64,000 nt of DNA from Bdellovibrionales bacterium (GCA_965199825.1 OZ241329.1:960001-1024000); one strand, 5' to 3'; shown: positions 22,855 to 32,693, numbered from the stretch's first letter. The notes: generated by a model not told the origin, from the letters alone. A program made the numbers and translations.

Positions 22855-23398
22855 GTCCTAGAAGCTCGGACATGCGTTTGTCACACTTTTGCATACGCAA
22901 AAATGCGCCAAGCCGAACTCGCTTCTAGGACAGTCATTTCCTTTACGTTTTCGGAATTCCTTTATTCAATTTATTTTGGTGGTCTTGGCGACAACGGGTT
23001 TAACGAGCTCAAACATGCGTTTGTCACGACTTTGCGTTCGCAAAGTCGCGCCAAGCCGAACTCGCTTTTCGGAATCATTACGATCTTAAACTTTTTTAAC
23101 ATCGTGTATTCAAGTTTACCTCTAATACCCACCGCGATCTTGATTTTTAGAAGCTCAAACATACGTTTGTCACACTTTCGCATTCGCAAAAGTGCGCCAA
23201 ACCGAACTCGTTTCTAGGACAGTCATTTCCTTTACGTTTTCGGAAAATTCTGTATTCAAATTTATTTCTAGTTTTCTTGGCGAACATTAATCCTGGTAGC
23301 TTGGACAGTGGGCCGTAGCGATTCCGAAAAGTTCAAACATACGTTTGTCACGCCTTTGCGTCAGCAAAGTCGCGCCAAGCCGAACTCGCTTTTCGGAA
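22855..23398. repeat. Four tandem copies of a 59-bp palindromic (REP-like) element
   Basis: Cores AG(C/T)TC..ACAT(G/A)CGTTTGTCAC-hairpin-GCGCCAA(G/A)CCGAACTCG at 22863-22921, 23006-23064, 23152-23210, 23330-23388. Confidence 0.92.
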
Positions 23399-23436
23399 AC
23401 GTTCCAGCTAACCCTTTTTTAGCCTGCTATTATTTA

Positions 23437-24405
23437 TTATTCTTGAGCTTGGGGCGTTTGAGCTATTGGTTCAAATCGTTTGGTAAATTCTTCGCTTAAA
23501 TCTTTTGTTTTGAAATAGCCTTTATTTAAAATAAGTATTTTTTGCGTGGATGAATCGCGTTCAACAGCTTCGCGGATTAACCTTAAAGTTTGTTTAAAAC
23601 GAAGAACCTCCGCAGCCACATCAACATTTAACCCTCGGTGAAAGAGATGTGGAAGCAAAAGTGTTAAATTTGACCTCAACCAAAAAATTTGAAAAAAAAT
23701 TTCTCCAGCTGCTGCAGCCCCAAGATAAATGAGCGTAATCTTTGTCACATCAGAGAAAAAAATATTTGCGACAAATACAACTGAAAGTGGAAAACAATTG
23801 TAAATACCTTGTGCAATTTGTGATGCCTGAAAGAGTAACCTTTTATTAATTGAAAAATCAGGATGGAAATAAACAAAATTTCCATGTTCTGCAATGCTCA
23901 ACAGATCTTTGAACTCTGAGGCTGTCAACTCGGCTTTTCCAATTTTTAAACTAGAATTATCTGAAACGGCACCCGATGGGAGGCGGTCAGAGATACTTAA
24001 AATTTGAGCCTCTGTCAAAAACCCTTGTTGTAATTCTATGTCGTTAACATTGTAGATTGGTTTCCGTTTAATGAAATTCTTCATGTCTTGAGTCAGGAAT
24101 GGATTAAATTTATCCATGAAGTTGCTTACTAATTTAGTCAGGGGATCAGAAAATTTTGAGGGCACTGAATCAGGTAATGTAACTTGAATCGTATAATGGT
24201 GATCTTGTTGAGCTCTAAAATTCAAAAGGTCTTCATCGTTCCGAATCGTCACAATATCCACCTCGACGGCTCGATCTGAAATTTTCAAAATCTGTTTACA
24301 GATATCGATTGGAGAGGCTGTTGCGATTGCGCTTTGAAAAATCAGAAAAATATACAAAATCTGAATTGAAATTATTGTAACTAAATTTTTATAATCGACT
24401 TTCAT
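23437..24405 (-). CDS. Hypothetical protein, AT-rich, N-terminal signal/TM and two internal hydrophobic segments
   Basis: 322-aa ORF with AAGGAG RBS; no family recognised. Confidence 0.75.
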   Translation of the reverse strand: MKVDYKNLVTIISIQILYIFLIFQSAIATASPIDICKQILKISDRAVEVDIVTIRNDEDLLNFRAQQDHHYTIQVTLPDSVPSKFSDPLTKLVSNFMDKFNPFLTQDMKNFIKRKPIYNVNDIELQQGFLTEAQILSISDRLPSGAVSDNSSLKIGKAELTASEFKDLLSIAEHGNFVYFHPDFSINKRLLFQASQIAQGIYNCFPLSVVFVANIFFSDVTKITLIYLGAAAAGEIFFQIFWLRSNLTLLLPHLFHRGLNVDVAAEVLRFKQTLRLIREAVERDSSTQKILILNKGYFKTKDLSEEFTKRFEPIAQTPQAQE

Positions 24406-24432
24406 CGGGTTAGGCTCCTTAAGAAGTCGTTA

Positions 24433-24448
24433 TGCAACTTCTAGGCCC
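24433..24448 (-). promoter_or_regulatory. Putative sigma54 promoter of the orphan gene
   Basis: Minus strand GGGCCTAGAAGTTGCA = GG-N10-GC, about 28 bp before the ATG. Confidence 0.45.
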
Positions 24449-24490
24449 TAAGCATATCAATCAATATCGGATAGATTAGAAAAATTGAGG

Positions 24491-24594
24491 TTAAGATTCG
24501 CCTCAGATAAAAACGAGTTCGGCTTGGCGCGACTTTGCGGATGTAAAGGCGTGACAAACGCATGTCTGAGCTTTTTATCTGAGGCGTATCTTAA
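24491..24594. repeat. Fifth, inverted copy of the 59-bp element with a 23-bp closing stem
   Basis: Core 24514-24572; arms TTAAGATTCGCCTCAGATAAAAA / TTTTTATCTGAGGCGTATCTTAA (1 mismatch); abuts the pgm stop. Confidence 0.92.
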
Positions 24595-25955
24595 AGCATG
24601 GGGTGAACGATGGTTTCGAACTCTCGTCGAATTTCATCTAGGGCATTTTGTGAGTTGGCTTCATAGCGTAAACACAAAACGGGTTGGGTGTTGCTGGCTC
24701 GTGCGAGGGCCCAGCCATTCTGGTAACTGATGCGAATGCCATCAATTAAATTTGTTTTTAGTTTTTGGGTTTCAAAATGTGCTTTTAAGGCTGTGACGAT
24801 CGCATGCTTTTTTTCTTCGGTGGTGTCGATGCGAATTTCGGGAGTGCTAAAGGCCTTTGGTAAATCGCCGATGAGCTCGGGCAAAGTTTTTCCCGACTGT
24901 GATAAGATCTCAAGAACTCTGAGGCCCGCGTAGGGGGCGTCGTCGTAACCATAGTTTCTGTCGGCAAAAAACACATGACCGCTGAGCTCTCCTCCGAATG
25001 GAGATTTTGATTCTTTGATTTTTTCTTTCACCAAGCTGTGACCCGATTTCCACATGACAGGGATGCCTTTGTGTTGAGCGATATCGGTAAAAATTCGATC
25101 GGAGCATTTCACATCGGCAATAATCGGTTGATTGGGTTTTTCTTTTAAAATAGCCCGACTGATCAGAGCAATCATCTCATCACCGGGAAGAATTTCTCCG
25201 CGGTGGTCCACTAAACCGATACGGTCGGCATCGCCATCAAAACCTATCCCTAAGACTGCGCCTGTTTGTTTCACGCGTTCAATCAAATGCACCAAATTTT
25301 CGGGGACTGTGGGATCGGGGTGATGATTGGGAAAGCGCCCATCGGGTTCTTCAAACATAATGTCAACGTCGAGACCTAGAGTCTCGCGGTAAAGCTTTCG
25401 CACAATCACGCCGGCTGCACCATTGCCGCAATCAACAACAATTTTTAGCGGCTTTAAATGTTCGAATTCTTTTTTGTATCGTTTGAGATACTGCGGAAAA
25501 ATATCATATTCTTTTGTGCTTCCTGAGCCCTTTACAAAATCTTTGCTCGCAATAATATCTCTGAGCTCCAAAATGTCTGCACCATAAATGGTCGATGTTC
25601 CACAGCTGATTTTAAATCCATTGTAGTTTGCAGGGTTGTGACTGCCTGTCACCATCACTGCGCCGTTCACTCCAGGAATATTAAAGGTCGAAAAATAAGA
25701 CATGGGGGTTGTCACTTGCCCAAGCGTAAGAACATCAATCCCCGAGGCATTGAAGCCATCGGTGAGAGCTTTTGTGAGTGAAGGACTCGACAATCTCGCA
25801 TCATACCCGATGGTCACCGTTTTTTTGCCAGGTCCTTGGCGGCGATTGAGAAATGTCGAAAAAGCTTGAGCCAACAGTGTGGCAAAGTCTTCGTCAAACT
25901 GTTCGCGATAAACGCCTCGAATGTCGTATTCACGGAAAATAACTGGATCCATCAT
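24591..25955 (-). CDS. Phosphomannomutase/phosphoglucomutase
   Basis: FREYDIRG, VTGSHNP (phosphoserine), FDGDADR, GELSGH, RASNTQP. Confidence 0.95.
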   Translation of the reverse strand: MMDPVIFREYDIRGVYREQFDEDFATLLAQAFSTFLNRRQGPGKKTVTIGYDARLSSPSLTKALTDGFNASGIDVLTLGQVTTPMSYFSTFNIPGVNGAVMVTGSHNPANYNGFKISCGTSTIYGADILELRDIIASKDFVKGSGSTKEYDIFPQYLKRYKKEFEHLKPLKIVVDCGNGAAGVIVRKLYRETLGLDVDIMFEEPDGRFPNHHPDPTVPENLVHLIERVKQTGAVLGIGFDGDADRIGLVDHRGEILPGDEMIALISRAILKEKPNQPIIADVKCSDRIFTDIAQHKGIPVMWKSGHSLVKEKIKESKSPFGGELSGHVFFADRNYGYDDAPYAGLRVLEILSQSGKTLPELIGDLPKAFSTPEIRIDTTEEKKHAIVTALKAHFETQKLKTNLIDGIRISYQNGWALARASNTQPVLCLRYEANSQNALDEIRREFETIVHPML

Positions 25956-26779
25956 GAAAGTGTCCTTGCCCACGCGAGGGCTGAAATCATCGAGCCGGGA
26001 TCGGCTTTGCCAGTATTAAAAATATCTTTTGCAGTTCCATGATCCACGCTCGTGCGCAAAAATGGAATCCCTAAAGTCAGATGAGTACCTTCTGAGAAAG
26101 TATGAAGCGCTTTAAAAGGGATCAAGCCTTGGTCATGGTAAAGAGCAACATAAACACTATAATTAAATTTTTGAAAAGCCACATCAGGAACGAGCGGCCC
26201 TTCAACATTTTTGAATTTTTTAATCCAAGATCGAATATTGAGATCTTCTTTGCCGATATTGCCGTTTTCTCCGGAGTGAGGATTTAAGCCTAAAATTCCC
26301 ACTGGCTTTTTTAGTTTCAAACGGGATCGTAGTTTAAGGGCAAAATCTAAACTGTCGCAAATCAGACTTTCATCAATCGAATTTGAAACCTTTGAGATTG
26401 GAATATGCCCGGTTGCTAAAATCACATGGAAGCGAGTTCCTAAAAAACACATTTGAACCCGACGGCTTTGACTCACCTTTTGCAAAATCTCGGTGTGTCC
26501 TGTGGGATTTTTTGACATGGGCCCTGTGATGAGAGCTCGATACTGTTTTTTAAGACAAAGCTCGGCGGCCTCTTTGACCCATTGAGCGGGAGCATCGGTG
26601 CGGATGAGGAGTTCGACATTTTTGAGTTTCAGCAGTTTTTTTTGCCACGCCGAGCTTTTGTATTCTGATGCATATACAAGATAGCGATCGCCACTAGGCG
26701 CGGCTTCAAGTGCTTTTGTTGTGATCTCAAGTCCAATGCCATCCACATCGCCCGTGGTGATGGCAAATGGGGTTTTCAT
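25952..26779 (-). CDS. pdxA: 4-hydroxythreonine-4-phosphate dehydrogenase PdxA
   Basis: ITTGDVDGIGLE, GHTE, GLNPHSGE, YHDQGLIPFK, RTSVDHGTA. Confidence 0.93.
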   Translation of the reverse strand: MKTPFAITTGDVDGIGLEITTKALEAAPSGDRYLVYASEYKSSAWQKKLLKLKNVELLIRTDAPAQWVKEAAELCLKKQYRALITGPMSKNPTGHTEILQKVSQSRRVQMCFLGTRFHVILATGHIPISKVSNSIDESLICDSLDFALKLRSRLKLKKPVGILGLNPHSGENGNIGKEDLNIRSWIKKFKNVEGPLVPDVAFQKFNYSVYVALYHDQGLIPFKALHTFSEGTHLTLGIPFLRTSVDHGTAKDIFNTGKADPGSMISALAWARTLS

Positions 26780-27723
26780 CCTTCGTTGACCTTGATAAAC
26801 GCATCTCGCCTTTTTTGGGTTAGCCACATTCGAAATTGTTTTTTAAAGGCATCGGTCATCAACGAATTAAAAAGTTGTTCCTTTTCTTTTTCGTACTCAG
26901 GGTTGGCAATCTGATTTTTTGCCACCAGTTTAAAAATATGAAAGCCGGCTTTTGTTTTTACAATCTGCGAGGTCTCACCCACTTTTAAATTGCTGATGGC
27001 GGCATTCATCTCGGGTGTCATCTCGCCAGATCTAAAAGTTCCGAATAATCCATCAGAAGACTCTGAGGTATCGTCAGAGTAATTGGCCACAAGTTTTTCA
27101 AAACTCATTTCACGAGCTTTGATTCTTTTTTGAACTTTTTCGGCACGAGCCTTGGCATCAGCTTCCCCTTTTTTTTGGGGCAAAAACAAAATGTGAGCGA
27201 TGGTATACTCGTTAATTTTTTCTGGTCCTTTTCCCTTTTGGGCCGAATAGGCCGCCCCTAAATCTTCTTCTGAAACTTTGATTTTCCCGCGCACCTCGCG
27301 ATCGATCAACGAATGGCGCTCAAGACTTGTGCGTATAAAATCTTGATACTCTGAGAACACCACCCCGTTCTCCTGCAAAGCTTGCTTGAGTTGGGCACGG
27401 GTTACGTTTTTTTGGGTCGAAATATTTCGAATCTCTTGTTCGACCTGTTCAACTGTGGCTGAGAGGTTTTTTTTCTTCACCTCAGAGTCCATGATTTTTT
27501 CATCAATCATGTAATCGACTAAATTTTTTCGGTCTTTGAGAAGAGCTTTGGGATCATTGAGTCGGAGTAAGGCATCGTCCACCAGCCCGCCGGTCTCTAA
27601 TTTTTTATGCAATTTTTCGACATCGGATTCGGTGACGATCTCTTCGTTTACGATGGCAACCACGTGTTCAATAATTTCGGCCGAGCTTAACGTGGTTAAA
27701 ACAAAAAATAAAAAAGCGGACAT
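26776..27723 (-). CDS. SurA-like periplasmic chaperone/PPIase
   Basis: Signal peptide, VVAIVNEEIVTESD SurA-N, AHILF...GFHIFKL parvulin. Confidence 0.88.
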   Translation of the reverse strand: MSAFLFFVLTTLSSAEIIEHVVAIVNEEIVTESDVEKLHKKLETGGLVDDALLRLNDPKALLKDRKNLVDYMIDEKIMDSEVKKKNLSATVEQVEQEIRNISTQKNVTRAQLKQALQENGVVFSEYQDFIRTSLERHSLIDREVRGKIKVSEEDLGAAYSAQKGKGPEKINEYTIAHILFLPQKKGEADAKARAEKVQKRIKAREMSFEKLVANYSDDTSESSDGLFGTFRSGEMTPEMNAAISNLKVGETSQIVKTKAGFHIFKLVAKNQIANPEYEKEKEQLFNSLMTDAFKKQFRMWLTQKRRDAFIKVNEG

Positions 27724-28674
27724 CTATTCCTCACTCTTCGTCTCCGCCTTGATTCGTCCAATAAAAACTTCATCGCGAAAGACATGGGCTTTGCGAACTT
27801 GCGACTCGAGCCACTGGGCATAGAGCGCTTGCTCGCGTTTTTCAACCAGTTGGCGCTTGATACGCAACTTTACCTCCTCAAGAGGCATGGCTTGGCTTCG
27901 TCTTTTATCTAATACTTCGAAGATATGGTAGCCAAAGTCGCTTTTTAAGATGGGACTGCGCTGGCCCTTGTCCATTTTGAAGCCTTGGTCAAAAATTTCT
28001 AGGGTGCCACGATCAATCCAGCCGGTATCGCCGCCTTTTTTACCTTCAGGTGTGAGCGAAAATTTTGGGGCAAGTTCTTTGAGCGTTCGCCCTTTTTTGA
28101 TTTCTTCAAGCACCGCTTCGGCATCATTTTCGCTGCTTAAGACCACTTGGCGCAGACGAATTTGTTCAGGAATCAGATAGTCGGCTTTGCTTGCTTTATA
28201 AACCGCAGCGATTTCCTCGCTTGTGGGCTCACTGGTTTTTGCCAAATGCTGCACGATCAATCGATTGAGAAGAGTCATCCGAATCTTTTCGGACCATTCG
28301 TTAAAATTGATATTTTGTTCTGCTAATGATTTTCGAAAACTTTCGTCGTCGGGATAGTTGCTGCGGATCGAATTGATCTCGCTATCAAGATCTTCTTTTT
28401 TTACCAATAAGCCTTCGGTACGGGCGTAATCTTCAGAGATCGCTTGGATAATAAAATCTTTTAAAATTTGATCTTTGATTTGCTCAAGATGTTTTTGATC
28501 TTTGACTGTAAGGGCATCATACAGCCTGAGGTGCCGGGCAAGGCTTTCTGCAAAAACCTTGGCGGTGATTTCGTGATCGTTTACTTTGAGTATGACATGC
28601 TCGCTGGCTTCGTTGCGGTGGCGAGTGCAACCGATCAAGCCAATGAGCGCGAGGCTTAAAAAAAGCTTACTCAA
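27724..28674 (-). CDS. Parvulin-type PPIase, probable lipoprotein
   Basis: LIGLIGC lipobox, GGDTGW, SDFGYHIF; start estimated at TTG 28674. Confidence 0.85.
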   Translation of the reverse strand: MSKLFLSLALIGLIGCTRHRNEASEHVILKVNDHEITAKVFAESLARHLRLYDALTVKDQKHLEQIKDQILKDFIIQAISEDYARTEGLLVKKEDLDSEINSIRSNYPDDESFRKSLAEQNINFNEWSEKIRMTLLNRLIVQHLAKTSEPTSEEIAAVYKASKADYLIPEQIRLRQVVLSSENDAEAVLEEIKKGRTLKELAPKFSLTPEGKKGGDTGWIDRGTLEIFDQGFKMDKGQRSPILKSDFGYHIFEVLDKRRSQAMPLEEVKLRIKRQLVEKREQALYAQWLESQVRKAHVFRDEVFIGRIKAETKSEE

Positions 28675-29476
28675 TGTCCTTAACGGCGGATTTATTGACT
28701 TCAATTTTGTAGCTCTTTTTAAGATTTGCAAAGAAGCCGTCAAAGAGATTTTTTCTTTTATCATCAAAAACGGCTGCTCGAATTTGTCTGCGATTTGCTT
28801 GATCAAAGGTGTGCTTTCCGAGCATTTTGATAATGTGATAACCATAACGAGTTCTTACAAGGCCTGACACCTCACCGGTTCGCATTTTAAGTGCCGCATC
28901 GTAATACTGAGGAACAAGACTCGTACGGGATTGGAATCCGATATCGCCCTTATTATTTTTGCTTAAAACATCATCCGAATAGAGTTTAACGAGCTCTTCA
29001 AATGGACGTTTGCTCTTTTTAACTTCCTCTAGAATTTCTTTGGCGCGCTTTTCAGCAATGGCTGTGTCCTCGACCGAAATATCTTTTTTCATTTCGATTA
29101 AGATATGCTCGGTGTGAACTTCAGGATTTTTTTCGTAAAAGCCGCGCATCTCACCTTCGGTGACTTTGATTTGATTTACTTTTTCGCCAATCGCTTTTTC
29201 GATCAGCAATTTGTACATCGCTTGTCGGGTTTGATCTTTTACAAAAGGGTCATCTTGAAGCTTTTGTTTTTCTGCCTCTTGCACACCGACTTCGTAGCGC
29301 ACGAGATCTTCGATAAAATATTCGGGAGGTGGAGCGTTGATCGCTTGCTTTTTAACTTCATCAAACTTTTGTTTGAATTCTTGGAGGGTGATGGTTTTTT
29401 TTCCCACGACCGCAACTGTCTGGGCAAAGGATGAAACTGCAAAAAAACTGAATAAAATCAAACTTTGAATTCGCAT
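28667..29476 (-). CDS. Parvulin-type PPIase (PrsA/PpiC-like)
   Basis: Signal peptide ending SFA, EHILI, GDIGF, TRYGYHIIK. Confidence 0.88.
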   Translation of the reverse strand: MRIQSLILFSFFAVSSFAQTVAVVGKKTITLQEFKQKFDEVKKQAINAPPPEYFIEDLVRYEVGVQEAEKQKLQDDPFVKDQTRQAMYKLLIEKAIGEKVNQIKVTEGEMRGFYEKNPEVHTEHILIEMKKDISVEDTAIAEKRAKEILEEVKKSKRPFEELVKLYSDDVLSKNNKGDIGFQSRTSLVPQYYDAALKMRTGEVSGLVRTRYGYHIIKMLGKHTFDQANRRQIRAAVFDDKRKNLFDGFFANLKKSYKIEVNKSAVKDIE

Positions 29477-29525
29477 GCTCAAGCCCCCGCTATTGACGCT
29501 TAAAAAAAAAGGCTAGCATCGCCAA

Positions 29526-30173
29526 TTAAAATTTAGCAATGGTTTGAGCAGCCTGCTGGCTTGCGTAAAAGATCTGTGAACGAAGGTCTTGAGCGCGCTC
29601 TAAACTCCGCGTTTGATCTTTCGCGGTGATGTATTCCACCGGGGTTGAAAAATTCACCACCACTCGAGCAAAAGGATAAGGGAGCAAAGCTTTATTCCAT
29701 GCCTTATGAAAAACATAACCCGAAGAGACCGCCACACCGACCGGAATGATTGCGGCTCCCGACTTCCAAGCGATTTCAAAAACTCCGGGCTTTACCTGAT
29801 GAATGGGACCCTTGGGTCCGTCAACCGCGATGGAGGCGTGGTAGCCCTCGCGAATCAATCGCAAGAGTCCGATCAATGCACCCACTCCACCACGCGTGGA
29901 GGAACCTCGGCTAGTGGCTCCGCCGAGGCGCTTTAAAACAAAATCGATCAGAGCTCCGTCGGTGCTTGTTGAAGTCATGGTTGCGATTCGATATCGAGTT
30001 GTGAGCGGCACAACGCTCAACTCATCGCCATGCCAATGAGCAAAGATAAATGGTTTGTTGTTTTTTAAAAGTTCAACGAGCTCATCCGACTCGAGCACGT
30101 GCATCCGCCACGTCCAACTCCATGCACGATAAATAAACCAAACAATCCACGGCAAGATATAATGGCGAAACAT
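29526..30173 (-). CDS. DUF374/lysophospholipid acyltransferase-family protein
   Basis: WHG, STSTDG, RGSSTRGG, VDGPKGP. Confidence 0.85.
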   Translation of the reverse strand: MFRHYILPWIVWFIYRAWSWTWRMHVLESDELVELLKNNKPFIFAHWHGDELSVVPLTTRYRIATMTSTSTDGALIDFVLKRLGGATSRGSSTRGGVGALIGLLRLIREGYHASIAVDGPKGPIHQVKPGVFEIAWKSGAAIIPVGVAVSSGYVFHKAWNKALLPYPFARVVVNFSTPVEYITAKDQTRSLERAQDLRSQIFYASQQAAQTIAKF

Positions 30174-31130
30174 CTATTGCAGTTTCTTAACGGCTTCGGT
30201 GAGCTTTGGAATAATTTCGAACAAATCGCCAACGAGACCATAAGTCGCTTTTTGAAAAATCGGCGCATCGGCATCTTTGTTGATTGCCACAATCACCTTA
30301 CTCGAACTCATTCCGGCCATATGTTGAATCGCGCCAGAAATTCCAACCGCCACATAAAGAGTCGGCGCGACCGTTTTACCGGTTTGCCCCACTTGCATTG
30401 TATGTGAAACCCAACCCGCATCTACCACCGCTCGAGATGCGCCCACCGTGGCATGAAGAACTTCGGCTAAATCCTCAAGCAATTTAAAATTGGAGGCCTC
30501 TTTAAGTCCGCGTCCACCAGAAACGATCGTGTTGGCCTCGGTAAGATCGGGTTTGCCCATCTCACCTTTTTCAACAGATTTAGTAATTGTTTTTTGAGCC
30601 TCAGAAAATCCCGACACCACTTTGACTTCAAGTTCTTGGCTGCCCGTAGGCTCTTCGGCAGGAATTTGATTGGGTCTGAGCAACACAATTTGTAAGGGGC
30701 TGTCGACAAATTCGATTTCAGCTGTGCACTTGCCGGAGTAAAAAGGTTTTCGCGCAATCACTTTATCTGCAGTGAGTTCGAGCGTGGTGCAATCACTGGC
30801 AATTCCACTTTTAAATCGCGCCGCCACTCGAGGAAATAAATCTTTTGCCAAAAGACTGGAGGATGCAAGTACGACCTGTGGCTTTGATTCTTCGATAATT
30901 TTTGCGGTCACATTGCTAAACAATTCTGAGTTATAGTCTTTAAGCGCATCTTGAGCCCAATATTCTTTAACTCCATAACCCGACAGTTGATCTTTAAGAG
31001 TGCTTGCACCCTGACCCACAGCAAATGCGGCGATTGGGCGGCCCGATTTTTTTGCCAAGGTCAGGAGTTCTTTTGCACTTTTTTTGAGTTGGCCGTTGAG
31101 GTGCTCACAAAAAATTAAAACTTTCGACAT
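30174..31130 (-). CDS. etfA: Electron transfer flavoprotein alpha subunit
   Basis: VSGGRG, GASRAVVDAGW, QVGQTGK, GISGAIQH, INKDADAPIF. Confidence 0.97.
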   Translation of the reverse strand: MSKVLIFCEHLNGQLKKSAKELLTLAKKSGRPIAAFAVGQGASTLKDQLSGYGVKEYWAQDALKDYNSELFSNVTAKIIEESKPQVVLASSSLLAKDLFPRVAARFKSGIASDCTTLELTADKVIARKPFYSGKCTAEIEFVDSPLQIVLLRPNQIPAEEPTGSQELEVKVVSGFSEAQKTITKSVEKGEMGKPDLTEANTIVSGGRGLKEASNFKLLEDLAEVLHATVGASRAVVDAGWVSHTMQVGQTGKTVAPTLYVAVGISGAIQHMAGMSSSKVIVAINKDADAPIFQKATYGLVGDLFEIIPKLTEAVKKLQ

Positions 31131-31140
31131 AACACGCCTC

Positions 31141-31914
31141 TTATATCACTTTGGCTTCATCACGAAGCAGTTGAACAAGTTGAGATGCAATTTGATCGGG
31201 CTCACCGGTCAAGATTTTTGCGGGCGCTTTATCTGGTGGAAGCTCAAAGTTTTTGTAACGAACTTTGATTCCACCTTGTAAGCCCAAACTCTGAAATCCA
31301 ATTTCACGCAGGGGTTTTTTCTTAGCCTTCATAATACCCGGAAGGCTGGCGTAGCGAGGAGTATTGAGTCCTTTGTTACATGCGATAACACAAGGGAGTT
31401 GAAGCTCAATTTTTTCGCGCGTGCCCCCTTCGACTTCGCGCTCAACTTCGGCCTTTTCGTTTGTCAAAACACATCTACTTACAACGGTGGCGTGGGGAAT
31501 CTGAAGCTCTTCGGCAACCATCTGGCTCACCGCCGACATTGTATCATCAATGGCGGTGCGACCCGAAAACACAACCCGATAGGGACCCTCTTGCGCAATC
31601 ACCTTGGCAACGGCTTGCGCTGTCGTCCAAGAATCAAGAGTCTCATCGGTATCGATAACAATCGCTTCATCGCAGCCCATTGCAAGTGCAGTTCGAAGTG
31701 CGTCTGAAGTTCTCTTTTTAGGACCAAGCGAAAGTGCAACACAAACACTCTCAGGACTGGACTCCTTGGTCTTGATTGCTTCTTCGATTGCAAATTCATC
31801 ATATGGGTTTATCACCCACTTGATATCTGCCTCTTCGATTCCTGATTTGTCTGATTTTAATTTTATTTTTGTTTCGAGGTCTGGCACTTGTTTTAAAAGA
31901 ACGTATATTTTCAT
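31141..31914 (-). CDS. etfB: Electron transfer flavoprotein beta subunit
   Basis: KQVPD, NPYDEFAIEEA, ALAMGCD, NTPRYASLPGIMKAKKK. Confidence 0.97.
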   Translation of the reverse strand: MKIYVLLKQVPDLETKIKLKSDKSGIEEADIKWVINPYDEFAIEEAIKTKESSPESVCVALSLGPKKRTSDALRTALAMGCDEAIVIDTDETLDSWTTAQAVAKVIAQEGPYRVVFSGRTAIDDTMSAVSQMVAEELQIPHATVVSRCVLTNEKAEVEREVEGGTREKIELQLPCVIACNKGLNTPRYASLPGIMKAKKKPLREIGFQSLGLQGGIKVRYKNFELPPDKAPAKILTGEPDQIASQLVQLLRDEAKVI

Positions 31915-31994
31915 TTGCTAACTCTTGTTGGCGGTTGAATGATGCGTAGACGTCATTTGAATTGTCAGGTAGGATTTTGCTGCACTTAAAATGA

Positions 31995-32693
31995 ATGTCA
32001 ACAGATGAGGAATCTATGTTCGTTCTGACGCCACTGTTTAAAACTACGATTGGTCGAAAATATCTTGTTGGGATCTCGGGCCTGGCGTTGTGCGGATTTG
32101 TGTTAGTTCACATGCTCGGCAATTTGCTGCTCTTTGTAGGACCAGAAGCTTACAACCATTACGGTCACACTCTCACTTCAAATCCTTTGTTGATTGTTGC
32201 AGAGTTGGGCTTAGTTTTGTTTTTTGTTTTGCACGCAGGGGTTGCGCTTGTTTTACAAGCTTACAACTGGGCGGCTCGACCAAAGCATTACATGAAGGTG
32301 GCAAAGGGGGTAAAGCGCACGACTCTGATCCAGCGAACTCTTTGGGCACAAGGCATTGTGATTTTTATTTTCACAATCCTTCATTTGGTCACATTCAAAT
32401 ATGGCAAGTATTACGAAGCCGTTTATAATGGCACAACGATGCGTGATCTTTATCGACTTGTGATGGAAGTGTTTCAAAGCCCGTATTACACTCTTTGGTA
32501 TGTGTTTGCGGTCAGCCTTTTGTTGTTTCATCTCACACATGGCTTGGCTTCGTCGCTTCAAACTTTGGGATTTAATCATCCTCGTTATGGAAATTTGATT
32601 AAGCGAACAAGTTGGGCCTACGGCATTCTTGTGGGCGTTGGATTTATCTGTCAGCCGCTTTATGTATTCCTCTTTCATCAGGGACAAGTATGA
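31995..32693 (+). CDS. sdhC: Succinate dehydrogenase cytochrome b subunit (b558 type)
   Basis: Five TM segments with heme-ligand His (HMLGNL, HA, HL, HLTHG); upstream of sdhA. Confidence 0.92.
   Translation: MSTDEESMFVLTPLFKTTIGRKYLVGISGLALCGFVLVHMLGNLLLFVGPEAYNHYGHTLTSNPLLIVAELGLVLFFVLHAGVALVLQAYNWAARPKHYMKVAKGVKRTTLIQRTLWAQGIVIFIFTILHLVTFKYGKYYEAVYNGTTMRDLYRLVMEVFQSPYYTLWYVFAVSLLLFHLTHGLASSLQTLGFNHPRYGNLIKRTSWAYGILVGVGFICQPLYVFLFHQGQV

Noticed and set aside
22855..23398. CRISPR array
   Set aside because: Units are 59 bp and divergent, gaps are 84-119 bp and partly duplicated, and no cas genes are present
22889..23499. Short ORFs over the repeats (22889, 22903, 22971, 23308; also 24485)
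   Set aside because: They are translations of the repeat itself, with no RBS or family signal
22855..24594. Integron attC ('59-base element') array
   Set aside because: GTTTAAC precedes copy 2, but no matching GTTRRRY ends were seen, there are no cassette ORFs between copies 1-4 and no integrase
29502..29510. A9 tract as a phase-variation switch
   Set aside because: A/T runs are frequent throughout the window and there is no evidence of length variation
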